Origin: Squalus acanthias
Taxonomy: Eukaryota
Assembly (NCBI GenBank): GCA_030390025.1
Contig: CM059441.1
Coordinates: forward strand, 496,001 to 560,000
Length of the DNA stretch: 64,000 nt
Direction: 5' to 3'
Shown here: positions 25,284-37,878 of the stretch, one piece after another
Position numbering within the stretch: position 1 is the stretch's first letter
Layout of the letters: each line of letters opens with the position of its first letter
Notes under the pieces: model-generated
What the model was told of the DNA's origin: nothing
The model's input: the letters and a program-made list of their open reading frames with translations, nothing else
The model's database searches: none
Position numbers and translations under genes: made by a program

Positions 25284-27094
25284 TTCTATGATTCTATGAT
25301 TCTATTGCCCTATGTCCTTTGCATTGTATGTCTTATCTTGTCTTAGCACAAGCATATTTTTTCAGTAGTCTAGTGCTAAAGCTTGCATGTTTGTAATTTT
25401 GCAAATTTTTGTTAACCAAAGGTAGGTCTATGGAGTTAGGTCACAGATCAGCCATGATCTCACTGAATGGCGGAACTGGCTCGAGAGGCTAAATGGCCTG
25501 CTTCTGTTCCTATGTTCCTAATACTTAATGCCTGCTTCAGAAAAGTTATGCTTATGAAAGCGTCAACTTAGCATGAGGTAAAGAGAGCAATCATTTAATT
25601 AAGGAATGGCAAAAGTAGATATGCAGGTGTTCCCATGTGTTAGCAGACAGGATCGGGTTCAATTGTGATTGCCCCATAGTTGAATAGGCCATCAACATCC
25701 GTTATCTTGGCATGCACATCAAGAACAACCATGTTGGGAGGTCTCAGAGGATGACTGGCACCTAAACAGCCATACACTAATGAGGAGTCTTCGCCTTCAG
25801 GAAAAAAGGGGAGACAATTGGTATTAGATTCTTTGTATTGCTCCTTGTGTCAGCTGTATAAATAAAATCAGCTTTGATAAATGAGTGTACGTTTGAGGTA
25901 TTAATCATGCACCTCATTATAGTGCCCTTGTACTCGTGCTTGTAGATTTGACTTTGGAATCACGAACTGAGGCTTTAGATCGTAATGCCTGTTGACTGTT
26001 GAGAATAAAATGTAATTGAGATCCCATACCAGAGAGAGCATAGTTCCAACAGGATTTATATCTACCAAACAGCCAGTCAGTCAGATCATTTTTCATTCTC
26101 TAACTTCATGCCTGGGCCTGACTGTCAAAATATTGTGGCTGAGTTCGAGAAGCTGTCAATGATGTTATTTTGGGCATTACATACCACTTGCACACTCACT
26201 GAGTGGGATCCCTTCCTGTTTCTGAAAATGTACTCATTCACTGCAGGTGCACAGAGGGTCTTGTTAGCAATAACAGAGATATTGAGGAAATGCATGTGTG
26301 TGGGGGGTAGCTATGAATGGGAGATGCACAATAGCAGCAACATTTTGCATACAATAAATAAATGATTGATAGAGTAGTGCAGCAAGGAGAAAATTGGAAC
26401 TCAAATTCTTAAAGTACCAAATAGACAGTTGTAATTTAGCTTTTTCTCATTGGAGGAGAGATCATTAAGAGGAGACATGCTGAAAGGTAAGGACAATGAG
26501 GGTGTAAGGACGATATCTAATTCAAACTTTATTTGCAAAACTAGAAGAGATCAGGGGTAAGAATTAATCTGGGCCTGTATCTGGTGCCAGTGCTATCTCA
26601 CCTCCACAGGCAGCTCGTCCATCGCCGAAAAAAATATTTGTGCCGCTTGCCTCGTGGCAAGTGCTGGGGGTGGGTATGAAAATAGACAATCTTGTCTCTT
26701 TTATAAAATGACTGTTCAAAATGAAATATCACAGCGAAAAAATGTTTCTTCTGAATTTAAACAGATTCCAGAGGTTTGCCTTTAAATTAGATTGGGGAAA
26801 TTAACCCTAAGCGGATTGCAGGGGTTAATCCTTTAAACGGATTGCTGGTTAACCCTTTAAGGATGGCAGCGGGAGGGGTGGTTCAATCGCAACCTTCAGC
26901 GGCTATCAGGAGCACTGTGGAGGTAGGAGCACTCCTCCTGCTGATGCCTGCTCCACTCAGGGCAGCCCAATTTCTGAGGGGATTTAAAACAGACATTAGG
27001 CCCTCTCCCCCCCCCCATCACCATATACAAGGGGTCGAGCTCCTATTTTAGGGAGCTGCCCCAGATGCCTGAAAAATGGCCCAACCCTTTCTTA

Positions 27095-27520
27095 CATGCT
27101 GACCAACATTGGCTCCTGGTCCGGCAATGTCTCGATTTTAAAATTCTCATCATTGTGTTCAAATCCCTACCTGGTCTCGTCCCTCCCTAACCCTATAACT
27201 TCATCCAGCCCTACTACCCTCCAAGATCTCTGCGCTCCTCCAATTCTGGCCTCTTGCGCATCCCCGATTTTAATTGATCAGTGGTGGCCGTGCCTTCAGC
27301 TGCCCAGGCTTTAAGCGCTGGAATTCCTTCCCGAAACTGCTCTGCCTCTCTCTCCTCCTTCAAATCGCTCCTTAAAACCTACCTCTTTGACCAAGCTTTT
27401 GTTCACCTATCCTAATATCTCTTTATGTGGCTCGGTATCAGATTTTGTCTGGTAATATTCCTGTGAAGCGCCTTGGATGTTTATTATGTTAAAGGCGCTA
27501 TATAAATGCAAGTTATGTTG
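27095..27520 (+). mobile_element. L2 LINE 3' fragment (possibly nested in an old MITE ~26795-27630)
   Basis: Homologous to 5490-6030 and 51390-51881. Confidence 0.8.
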
Positions 27521-27944
27521 TTAGCCCAATTTAGGGTCAGATGTTTTTCGGGCATCCTTGGGGCGCCAGAAGTTGGTCACTGAAATTGAGACTCTGTAAA
27601 ATGGACACAAGCTGCAATTCCTACCCCATAATTTCAAAATTAACAAAGTGCGAGTAAAGTGCAAAGTCAGAAGAATTACCCGTGCGTATGTGTGCACACG
27701 TAATTACACACAAATACACATGTGCTCACAGAGCCATGGATATGCAGAATAAACTTCCATTAAATGTTAATGTTATGTTAATTTTAAAATAAGCTGGATG
27801 AATATCACAGCATGAATTTTATAGACAGAGATGATGAAATACCAGTCCTGCTGGTATCATGGAATGCAGCTGTTTAGGATTGAGGTGCAGAGATTGAAAT
27901 AATAAAATGTCTTTGAGCTTCTGCTTTTTTAATCTGGGGCCAAA

Positions 27945-28200
27945 GGGAACAGTTGCACAGCAAGGTCCCACTAACAGTAATAAGGTAATGACCAGATAAT
28001 CTGTTTAGGTGTTGGTTGAGGAATAAATGTTGGCCAGGACACAGGTAGAACTCCCCCTGCTCTTCTTAGAATATTGCAATGGGATCTTTTACGTCCACCT
28101 GAGAAGGCAGACGGGACCTCGACTTAACATCTCATCCAAAAGATGGCACCTCTAACAGTGCAGCACTCCCTCTGTACTGCACTGAAGTGTCAGTCTAGAT
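27945..28200 (-). mobile_element. DeuSINE-like SINE split by a Harbinger; tRNA-derived head continues at 32294-32372
   Basis: Homology to 11452-11800 and 36958-37375; head with B-box GGTTCAAGTCC on the minus strand at ~32307-32317. Confidence 0.8.
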
Positions 28201-28494
28201 TGAGGCCGGATTTTTTACCGTGGAATCGGGTCAGGTGCGCGCGGGTCGCGTAGCCGGTCAGGAACGCGATGTTCTGCTCCGCGCGTAATTCAGGGCGACT
28301 TTAATTTAATGGCCCCACTTAAAGCAGTCATGTGCATTTCCCGACCCAATTAAATGGAGCGGGTCTGATGATGTCATCAATGACTCATTTCCAGCACCGA
28401 TATTTAAAGCAGCCTTGCACACAACTCATTTGAAGGTTGCTAGAGGAGTGTGGAAGCTGAAATAAAAAGGGCTGAGTACTGTTCTAAACTATCA

Positions 28495-30332
28495 ATGATG
28501 AATAGTCAAAGGCAGAGGCCTGCACCATGATTTTTTGACACATCTCTGCATATTCTGGTGGAGGCAGGGAGGTCCTGTTTCCTTCAGATAGGCGCAGGAG
28601 ACCTCCAAAAGACACCACAAGATCCTGGCTGGAGATAGCAGAGGAGGTCAGCAGCAGGGATGTGGTGAGGAGGACCTGGATCCAGTGCAGGAAACGATTC
28701 AATGATCTCATGAGGTCAGGAAAGGTCAGTGTAATGCCGCACTCACCTTCATCCTGATGTACCTGTCAACACATCTCCATCACTCTGCCTTCCCAAGCCT
28801 ACTCCTGCACATCATTACTCACACCAACATACCTTGCACGTCCACCCATCCCTCTCTATGTACACACTCACATTCCCATCTGACTAACCAGCCCTCACAC
28901 TCACCCTCAGCCTAATGCAATCATAGCAAGTAACACCACAGAAAGAGGCTATTTGGTATTGGCACCCCACTCCCTCATAGTCACCCTCTACAGATGTAAC
29001 CCATCCATTCCTTACACTCATTCCATCACTCTCACTCAAATTTATTTTCTTTCCCTCCTTGCAGGAGAAAATAACCCAGAACACACAGGAGAGGCAGAGA
29101 ACCGAAGGTGGTCCTCCAGTCTTCACCCAACTAAAACCAGCAGAGGAGGGGGTCCTGGAGATATTGGGAGTTGCAGAGCTGCTGGCGGTGGGAGACGGAG
29201 AGAGGGGGACATCCCAGCAACCTGGTGACAGAATCACATCTCATACAGCCACATGGCATACAGCAATCACTCATAAGGTGACTGATGTCAGCAGCCAGTG
29301 AAATGCCATCATGTGCATAATGGTAACGTTACCCATTCTTATTATAACATTTCTAATTAATCTCTTTACTCTCCCACAGGTCCATCAACTGCAACCCCCC
29401 CCCAATGTCCAGCCGGAGGAGGAAGACGTCTCCTCAGAGGAGCCTCCAGCCTCTGAGGGTGCAGCGTCAGCAGTCCCAAGTGCACCCAACACCAGCGCAG
29501 ATACGCACACCTCAGTGGGTCCTGTGCGCCATAGAGTATAGTTGTCACCTGGTGTCTCACACTTCACGAGTGAGCAAGAGCAGATGGTGTTCAGAGGGAT
29601 AGCAGTGGAGACTCCTTGTCGGAGGGCGCGGGACGCTTCAAGCTCTGCTGAGCTGCATACAGATGCTGAACCTCAGGGGCCATCGAGAAAGAGGGTGATC
29701 TTGGAGGAGCAACAACAATTACGTGAGGATCTGGAAGCTTTTGTAGCCGCGATGTCTGCAAATGTGCAGAGACTGGAGGAGTCCATCTCCAACATGAGCA
29801 CCACCACCTCGAAGGCGATGGCGACGATGTGCTGTTCCATGGAAAGGATGGCCACCTGCATGGAGCAGCAAATGTACCATTCATATGAGCACATGCTAGC
29901 TGTGGACAACAGATGGCAGACGCTCACAGACCTCATCGCTAAATGTAGACTTGGGTCTTCATCGCCCTACTGCTGTGCAACAAAGTGCTCTCCAGCTCCT
30001 TGCTAGCAGGGAAATGCAGGTGGCCCATGAGAGGGCTGATGGTGAGAGGGCACATGGAAGTGGGGGCTCTTCTCAAAGCTTCCCCGTTGCCTCCCCCTCA
30101 GTCAGAGCCCCACATGCTGCCTCATATCCTGATGGCCGAGTCTGCCCCTGCACAGTTGCAGGAGGAGCAGTCTTTGGCGGGGCCATCACAGGCTCCAAAA
30201 CCCAAAGGATGTCTGCCAAAAGTGCCTTACGAGTCGCAGCAGGGAAGTGAGCAGCCTGCCTCTACCTCTGCTGAAGCCACAGGGTTGCACCTCGTAGAAG
30301 CACTCGGAAAAGAAAAAAAGACAGAAAAGTAG
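28495..30332 (+). pseudogene. Harbinger Myb/SANT-like (MSANTD/NAIF1-type) gene; exons ~28495-28724, 29065-29224, 29380-30332
   Basis: W.EIAEEV...RTW.QCRKRFNDL trihelix motif; GT-AG introns; GGPP motif in exon 2; stops and frameshifts. Confidence 0.85.
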
Positions 30333-30613
30333 ATGCACACAGGTTTGCACATGGTGTATAAAAAAATGCTAGTGTTAAATTTCAGTTCAATTGATAACAC
30401 ACATAAATGTTTTTCTTTGCACCACTTTCCGGTCTTTTCCATTTTTGCCTGCTACCTTGGAAGTGGCTTTGTCACTTGGAGTGAATGTTGAGACGTTACT
30501 TAACCTCGAGCACAGGGGGTTTGGGTGAGAGGAATAGCTTGGTCATTGTAGGGATGCTTTATGGTATTGTTGCAGAGGGAACATAGTACAGCATGGGGCT
30601 GCATTGGAGCAAG

Positions 30614-31770
30614 TTAAGTAAATCTGGCCATAATGAGGCTATCCCGGGCTTTCCGGGCAGCAATGTGTGCCACTGCTGGTGCCATCTCTACCTCAGATTC
30701 CTCCTCCTGCTCCTCCTCATCTTCCACCTGCTCCCCCTCCTCCTCCTTCTCCTCCTCTGAGGAGGCTGTGTGCTCTGCGCCTTGCTCCTCCTGCAGCTCC
30801 AATCCTCGCTTCTGCACTATGTTGTGCAGCGCGCAGCAAACGACAATGATTCTGGAGACCCTGGCTGGTGCGTACTGAAGGGCTCGTCCAGATCTGTCAA
30901 GGCATCTGAAGCGCATCCTCAGCATGCCTATTGCTTGCTCTATGACACATCTGGTGAACATGTAGCTCTCATTATAATGCTCCTGGGCCTCAGTACTTGG
31001 CCTCCTCAAGGGTGTTATGTGCCATATCTTCAATGGATAGCCCTTGTCTCCAAGCAGCCAGCTGGTAAATCTGGAGGTGCGAAGAGCTGAGAGAGGGTGG
31101 ACTGGCGCAGCATGAAAGAGTCATGACAGCTGTCAAGGAACACTCCTGGGTGATGATGGGGTGCCTTCATGGCCACATGTGTGCAGTCGATGACGCCCTA
31201 CACCTGTAGGAAGTCAGCCAGAGCTGCAAAGCCGAGCGCCCGCTCAGTAACACTGGCTTCGTCAGTGGCAAAATTGATATAATTGGCTGACTTATGAAAC
31301 ATGGCATTGATCACCTGGATGATGTATCTGTGGGCAGCCGACTGCAAGATGCCGCAAATGCCTGCTGCAGATCCCTGGAAGGAGCCTGAGGCGAAGAAGT
31401 TGAGGGCGGTGGTGACTTTGACAGCCATGGGTAAGGAGTGTCCACCAGGTCCTCTGGGCAGCAGGTCTTGTTCCAGCAAGCTACAAATGTCTGCGACGAC
31501 CTGCTGTGATAGCCTGAGCCTCCTGAAGCACTGCTGTTCAGTCATGTTGAGGAAGCTCATCCTCTGCCTGTATACCCTGTGTTGGGGGAATCGCCTCCGG
31601 CGCGCTGCAGCCCTGTGGTGCCCCCCTTCTCTCCTGTGGAGCATCAGGTCGTGTCGTTGAGGAGAAGGCTGCTGTTGTGGTTGCTGCTGGTGTGGCTGGT
31701 GTTGTTGGTGGTGGGGCTCATCTTGGTCCGATTCTGAGGACGAAAGTGAGACAGTATAAGTGGCACCCAT
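30614..31770 (-). pseudogene. Harbinger DDE transposase (HARBI1-like), internally deleted with a stop
   Basis: [43 protein letters not shown], acidic tail; NRKG.HS segment missing near 31145. Confidence 0.9.
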
Positions 31771-33629
31771 GCTGATGTAGTGGATGGCAGGTAAAGTGGA
31801 GATCAGAGAGCTAATCCCGCAATGTTGTGATAGTGAGTAGCAATGTGATGAGAGTGGCTTCCGAGGCTTCAGAAATGACCTGCAAACAGCTGACATCTAA
31901 ATCTGTGGACAAAATGGAGTGAGCAAGAGCCTTTAATTGAGGCAAGTAATGAGGTGTAATGTTGCAGTATTTATGTGCTTCTCCCAGCTTTCAATGAATG
32001 GACTCGCCAACGGCGAATGAGCTTTTGTTTTCCCTTCACAGGCGAGGTTCCCCAGCTGCGTGAATCCCGTGCTCCTGCAGTAAAAGTTAAAAGCTGGCGT
32101 TAAAAGCCCTCTTAAGGGTCTCTCAACAAGCAATTAATGACTTGAATGAGGTCGCCCGCCTCTGCCGATCTGGTTCGTGTTGCCCAAGTTAAATGCGTGA
32201 GGCGGCGGGATGACGGCGGGTTCCCGATGCGCTCGCAATTTCCGGGATTTTTACTGCCGACCCGCACGCTTGGCAACGGGAAAATTCCGGCCTATGTCTC
32301 CGGAGTGGGACTTGAACCTACAACTTTACGACTGAAAGGCGAGAGTGCTAGCACTGACCCAAGGCTGACACCTACAGAGCTAACGTTGCTTTTTGGCTAT
32401 TGAACAACTGTATCTTTTATAATCAATATATTAGATACATAAAACATTTTTTATATTATATAAGAACTAAATAGCAGAAATAGCCAAGAAAAGCCCACTC
32501 TCAATAACTATGTACAATATGTGACACGAGGTGTGGTGGTGCAAGTTATTTGCTTTAGTTTTCCCCTCCTCTCTGAATTTAACTCCATTCCTGGAAAACA
32601 GGATTCCCGAGAGACTTACTGCAAGGCCAACTGACAATTATGCTCTGTAGTTTTCTGCAAGGAGGTGCCTGACTTGACATCCTGTGACACAACTCGTTGG
32701 AGCATCAATACACTGGCGCAATGCCATCTGGTAACTTATTGGTAATAAAACTTCAACTCAATTTTTATTTATTGTTTGGAATGGCAAATTTTAGACATTT
32801 ATGGTGTCTTTAGATTTTTGTGAACCAGCTGTGATAAGTTGGGAAGAATGCTCTTGACAGATCGGACGCCTGCCCTAGAGAAGGGCCTCTGCAGGCGGAT
32901 AGTTCCGCTTTCTGGAGAACCTCTGCCTGCTGAAATCCCTTAAAAATCTTATGCCTGGTAAAAGCAGGTGTAAGGCTTGTTTTTACCAGCATAAGAGTTG
33001 AAAAAAGTAAAAAAAAAAAAAATTTCACTCATTTATAATTTTAAAATACTTTTAAAAAAGGTAAGTCCCATGAAAACGAATATAAAAAAAACTGGTTTAC
33101 GATTTCTATATGCAAGATGAACTGAGAAAATCTTCCCCTCCATATCAAAGTTCTTTTTATTTGGTAGGTAAGGAAAAAAATTAGAGAACCTTGGTTAACA
33201 ACATGAATTGCTTTTTCACTTTCTACATAATGCATCACTTGTCCGATTGAGGAAACTACAGCTCTTGTTCTACAGGTGCACTTGACTTTTACTTAATCTG
33301 AACGAGCAGCTGATCCTGACTCGCATTACAGTGTAAACAAGATCTCTCATTAAAGTAAAGTTTAGATACAGCTCCTATGAAAATGGGAAATCACAGTGAA
33401 AAGAGTCTATACCTCTCAGGGCACATTGAGTCATTCTATGAAATGCAGATGCACATGAATACAACTCATTAGGCAAGGGTCAGCACTTCAGCCTGCCACC
33501 CTGGATGTTTGCCTCATGCCACCCAATTGTAGATCTGATTTTTACACTGCTTCTTCCAATACATTGTCTAAAACAAAGCAAACCTACCGCTGGGTCACCA
33601 CCGATCAACTGACAAAAATCAATAATACC

Positions 33630-34372
33630 AACATGTGGGTGTCACTGGCAAGGCCAGCATTTATTGTTCATCCCTACTTGCCCTTGAGAAGGTGGTGGTT
33701 CTTGAAGCGCTGCAGTCCGTGTGGTGAAGATACTCCCACAGTGCTGTTAGGTTGGGAGTTCCAGGATTTTGACCCAGCGATGATGAAGGAATGATGATAT
33801 ATTTCCAAGTCAGGATGGTGCGTGACTTGGAGGGGAACTTGGAGGTGGTGGTGTTACCATGTGCCTGCTGCCCTTGTCCTTCTAGGTGGTAGAGGTCGCG
33901 GGTTTGGGAGGTGCTGCCGAAGAAGGCGTGGCGAGTTGCTGCAGTGCATCTTGTAAATGGTACACACTGCAGACACGGTGCGCTGGTGGTAGACTGAGTG
34001 AAAGTTTAATGTGGTAGATGGGTGCCAATCAAACGGGCTGCTTTGTCCTGGATGGTGTCGAGCTTCTTGAGTGTTGTTGGAGTTGCACTCATCCAGTCAA
34101 GTGGAGAGTATTCCGTCACACTCCTTCCTTGTGCCTTGTAGATGGTGGAAAGACTTTGGGGAGTCCGGAGGTGAGACACTCACTGCAGAATACCTAGCCT
34201 CTGACCTGCTCTTGTAGCCACAGTATTTATGTGGCTGGTCCAGTTAAGTTTCTGGTCAATGGTGACACTCAGGATGTTGATGGTGGGGAATTCGACACTG
34301 GTAATGCCATTGAATGTCAAGGGGAGATGGTTAGACTTTCTCTGGTTGGAGATGGTCATTGTCTGGCATTTG
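33630..34372 (-). mobile_element. CR1-group LINE 3' fragment (antisense copy)
   Basis: Reverse complement of ~34836-35580. Confidence 0.85.
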
Positions 34373-35592
34373 CCTTGGTCCAAACATGGGCAAAGCAGCT
34401 GAATTCCAGAGGTGAGGTGCGAATGACTGCCCTTGACATCAAGGCAGCGTTTGACCGAGTGTGGCATCAAGGAGCCCTAGTAAAACTGAAGTCAATGGGA
34501 ATTGGGGGGAAAACTCTCCACTGGCTAGAGTTATACCTAGCACAAAGCAAGATGGTTATAGTGGTTGAAGGTCAATCATCACAGCCCCAGGACTTCGCTG
34601 CAGGAGTTCCTCAGGGAAGTGTCCTAGGCCCAACCATCTTCAGCTGTTTCATCAATGACCTTCCTTCCAACATAAGGTCAGAAATGGGGATGTTCGCTGA
34701 TGACTGCACAGTGTTTCGCGCCATTCGCTACTCCTCAGATAATGAAGCAGTCCATGCCCGCATGCAACAAGACCTGGACGACGTTCAGGCTTGGGCTGAT
34801 AAGTGGCAGGTAACATGCGCGCCACAGAAGTCTCAGGCAATGACTATCTCCAACAAGCGAGAGTCCAACCACCACCCCTTGACATTCAACGACATTATCA
34901 TCACCGAATCCCCCACCATCAACATCCTGGGGGTCACCATTGACCAGAAACTTAACTGGACCAGCCACATAAATACTGTGGCAACAATAGCAGGTCAGAG
35001 GTGAGGTATTCTGCGGTGAGTGTCTCACCTCCTGACTCCCCAAAGCCTTTCCACCATCTACAATACACAAGTAAGGAGTGTGATGGAATACTCTCCACTT
35101 GCCTGGATGAGTGCAGCTCCAACAACACTCAAGAAGCTCGACACCATCCAGGACAAAGCAGCCCGTTTGATTGGCACCCCATCCACCACCTTAAACATTC
35201 ACTCCCTCCACCACCGGCGTACCATGGCTGCAGTGTGTACCATCTACAAGATGCACTGCAGCAACTCGCCAAGGCTTCTTCGGCAGCACCTCCCAAACCC
35301 GCGACCTCTTCCACCTAGAAGGCCAAGGGCAGCAGGTGCATAGGAACACCACCACCTCCAAGTTCCCCTCCAAGTCACACACCATCCTGACTTAGAAATA
35401 TATCGCCGATCCTTCATCGTCGCTGGGTCAAAATCCTGGAACTCCCTACTTAACAACACTGTGGGAGTACCTTCACCACACGGACTGCAGTGGTTCAAGA
35501 AGGCAGCTCACCACCACCTTCTCAAGGGCAACTAGGGATGGGCAATAAAGGCTGGCCCTGCCAGCGACGCCCACATCCCATAAACGAATAAT
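34373..35592 (+). mobile_element. CR1-group LINE, RT to 3' end
   Basis: LDIKAAFDRVWH, GVPQGSVLGP, FADD, ILGVTIDQKLNW. Confidence 0.9.
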
Positions 35593-35599
35593 AAAAGAA

Positions 35600-36077
35600 A
35601 CACTCCTGATTTGTGCCTTGCAGATGGTGGAAAGGCTTTGGGGAGTCGGGATGTGAGACACTTGCCGCAGAATACCCAGCCTCTGACCTGCTCTTGTAGC
35701 CACAGTATTTATGTGGTTGGTCCAGTTAAGTTTCTGGTCAATGGTGACCCCCCAGGATGTTGATGGTGGGTAATTCGACAATGTAATGTCATTGAATGTC
35801 AAGGGGAGATGGTTGACTTTCTCTTGTTGGAGATGGTCATTGTCTGGCATTTGCATGGTGCGAATGTTACTTGTCACTTATCAGCCCAAGCCTGAATGTT
35901 GTCCAGGTCTTGCTGCAGGCAGGCATGGACTGCTCCATTATCTGAGGTGTTTGGAACTGAACACTGTGCAATTATCAGTGAACATCCACACTTCTGACTT
36001 TATGATGGCGGGAAGGTCATTGATGAAGCAGCTGAAGATGGTTGGGCCTAGGACACTGCCCTGAGGAACTCCTGCAG
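35600..36077 (-). mobile_element. CR1-group LINE internal RT fragment (antisense copy)
   Basis: AGVPQGSVLGPTIFSCFINDLP on the minus strand; complementary to ~34598-35075. Confidence 0.85.
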
Positions 36078-36957
36078 CATATGTTTTTTTAGATTTCCCC
36101 ACTGTTTCCTGCTCCTGGTTCATGAACAGTCCCATAGTAATTCGCAGTGCAGTTTATTGACTGACTAATGCATGAATGAGTTGATCCCAGCAATAAACCC
36201 ACCACTGCAAGGCAGAACTTGACTATTGCTCTGACCAGTCACCTGGACTAGAACTGTTGAATCTATCCCAACACAGAGGACTTTGAACTGCTGTTGCATT
36301 TGAAATTCTAAATCGTGACCCTCTGAGCTAGAATGACAGGTCCAGAAGCTGCAGTTATCGAGCTCATCCTCAAAATCAGCAAATGTTAATTGAAATTTAA
36401 TTTATCAAATACATAAAGTGTATGGTGTTATATAATGAAGAAAATACACGTTCTCATTCATTAAGCATTCATGAACGATATCGCCAGGATAGAACAGGTG
36501 GCTCTTTCTTAGAAACAGCATGCAGTAATTATGCTGTCAGATACACGTCTCTAGCAATTTGATGAGATTAGTGTAACTGCACCGTGAGATTGTGCTTCCT
36601 GTTTATCTAAATGGAAAGTAGGAAAGTTTCAAAAGGAATCTTGGCATTAATGACCCAGTTCAATCATGTGTACACACGTGAAACTCACCGGTTCCGCTTT
36701 CAAAATAAGATTGAATGGGGTTGAGAATGAGCCTGGTGTATAACTTTGTTCTTCTTTGATGTTCCTCATATGAACATTACAACTTGTATAAAATATATCA
36801 CAAAACTAGCCCATTGAATGCTTCTGAGGAAAAAAATGACTTAGATGTAGTGAGTATTATGTTTGATTATAAACTGGTGCATCCTCTTTTTCTGAGAGTT
36901 CAAATGACAAAAGCCACATCCCTGAATTTTCTTATTTGTTTCTCTAATATTGCACAG

Positions 36958-37375
36958 AGAGAAAGAAAGAAAGACTTGCATTTATATAGCACCTTTCTTG
37001 ACCTCAGGGTGTCCCAAAATGCTTTACAGCCAATGAAGTACTTTTGAAGTATCGTCACTGTTGTAATGTAGGAAACGCGGCAGCCAATTTGCGCACAGCA
37101 AGCTCCCATGAACAGCAATGTGATAATGACCAGATAATCTGCTTTAGTGATGTTGATGGAGGGATAAATATTGGCCAGGACACCGGGATAACTTCCCTGC
37201 TCTTCTTCGAAATAGTGCCATGGGCTCTATTACATCCACCTGAGAGGGCAAACTGGGCCTTGGTTTAACGTCTCATCCAAAAGACAGCACCTCTGACAGT
37301 GCAGCACTCCCTCTGCCCTGGAGTGACAGCCTAGGTTTTAGTGTTCACGTCTCTGGAGTGGGATTTGAACCCACA
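36958..37375 (-). mobile_element. DeuSINE-like SINE split by Harbinger element 3; remainder at ~46330-46355
   Basis: Full Deu-like core and tail; breaks at ...TTTGAACCCACA and resumes ACAAGCTTCTG.CAGAGG after 46329. Confidence 0.8.
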
Positions 37376-37878
37376 GGGGGAATAATTCGTCCCCTTAGTG
37401 CCTCCCGTTAGCGCCAGTAGATGGCACCAATGGGGTGCTAGACGAATATTGCCGTGGCGAGGCAAATCCAGCGTCGCACACCAAATCCAACCCCCCATGG
37501 CGCTGCTGGTAAGAGGTATTGCTGGGAACGTCAATGCCAGGTAGGTCGTGACATCAGTGCATGTGCAATGCTCATTGACTGCCTGATTTGCAAAATTGAT
37601 TATCGCCACTTACCTCACCGCCTGGAGTAAACACTGACAGGGAGAGCTGGCGTGCAGCTTCAGGAAGCCGGCTCCAGGGATGTTATTGAAAGGGATCATC
37701 AGTAATCAATCGCAGCTGTCAGGCTAGTACAATTTCAGTGTTTTTTTTGTTAGTTTCACCCACTGCAACAGTTTCATTCAGTAATTTCAAGGTTCTTTTG
37801 TATCGGGAGTCTTCTGGCAACTAAAAAGTAGCTACATTTATTCTTCAAAGATTCAAACTGCTACACTTGGTAATATTA

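Larger units (their letters stand above)
28203..32293. mobile_element. PIF/Harbinger DNA transposon (element 1), defective
   Basis: TIRs AGGCCGGATTTTT / AAAATTCCGGCCT; convergent Myb/SANT and transposase genes; TSD not cleanly resolved. Confidence 0.9.

Noticed and set aside
32300-32372. tRNA gene on the minus strand
   Set aside because: A/B-box-like head belongs to the SINE split by Harbinger element 1
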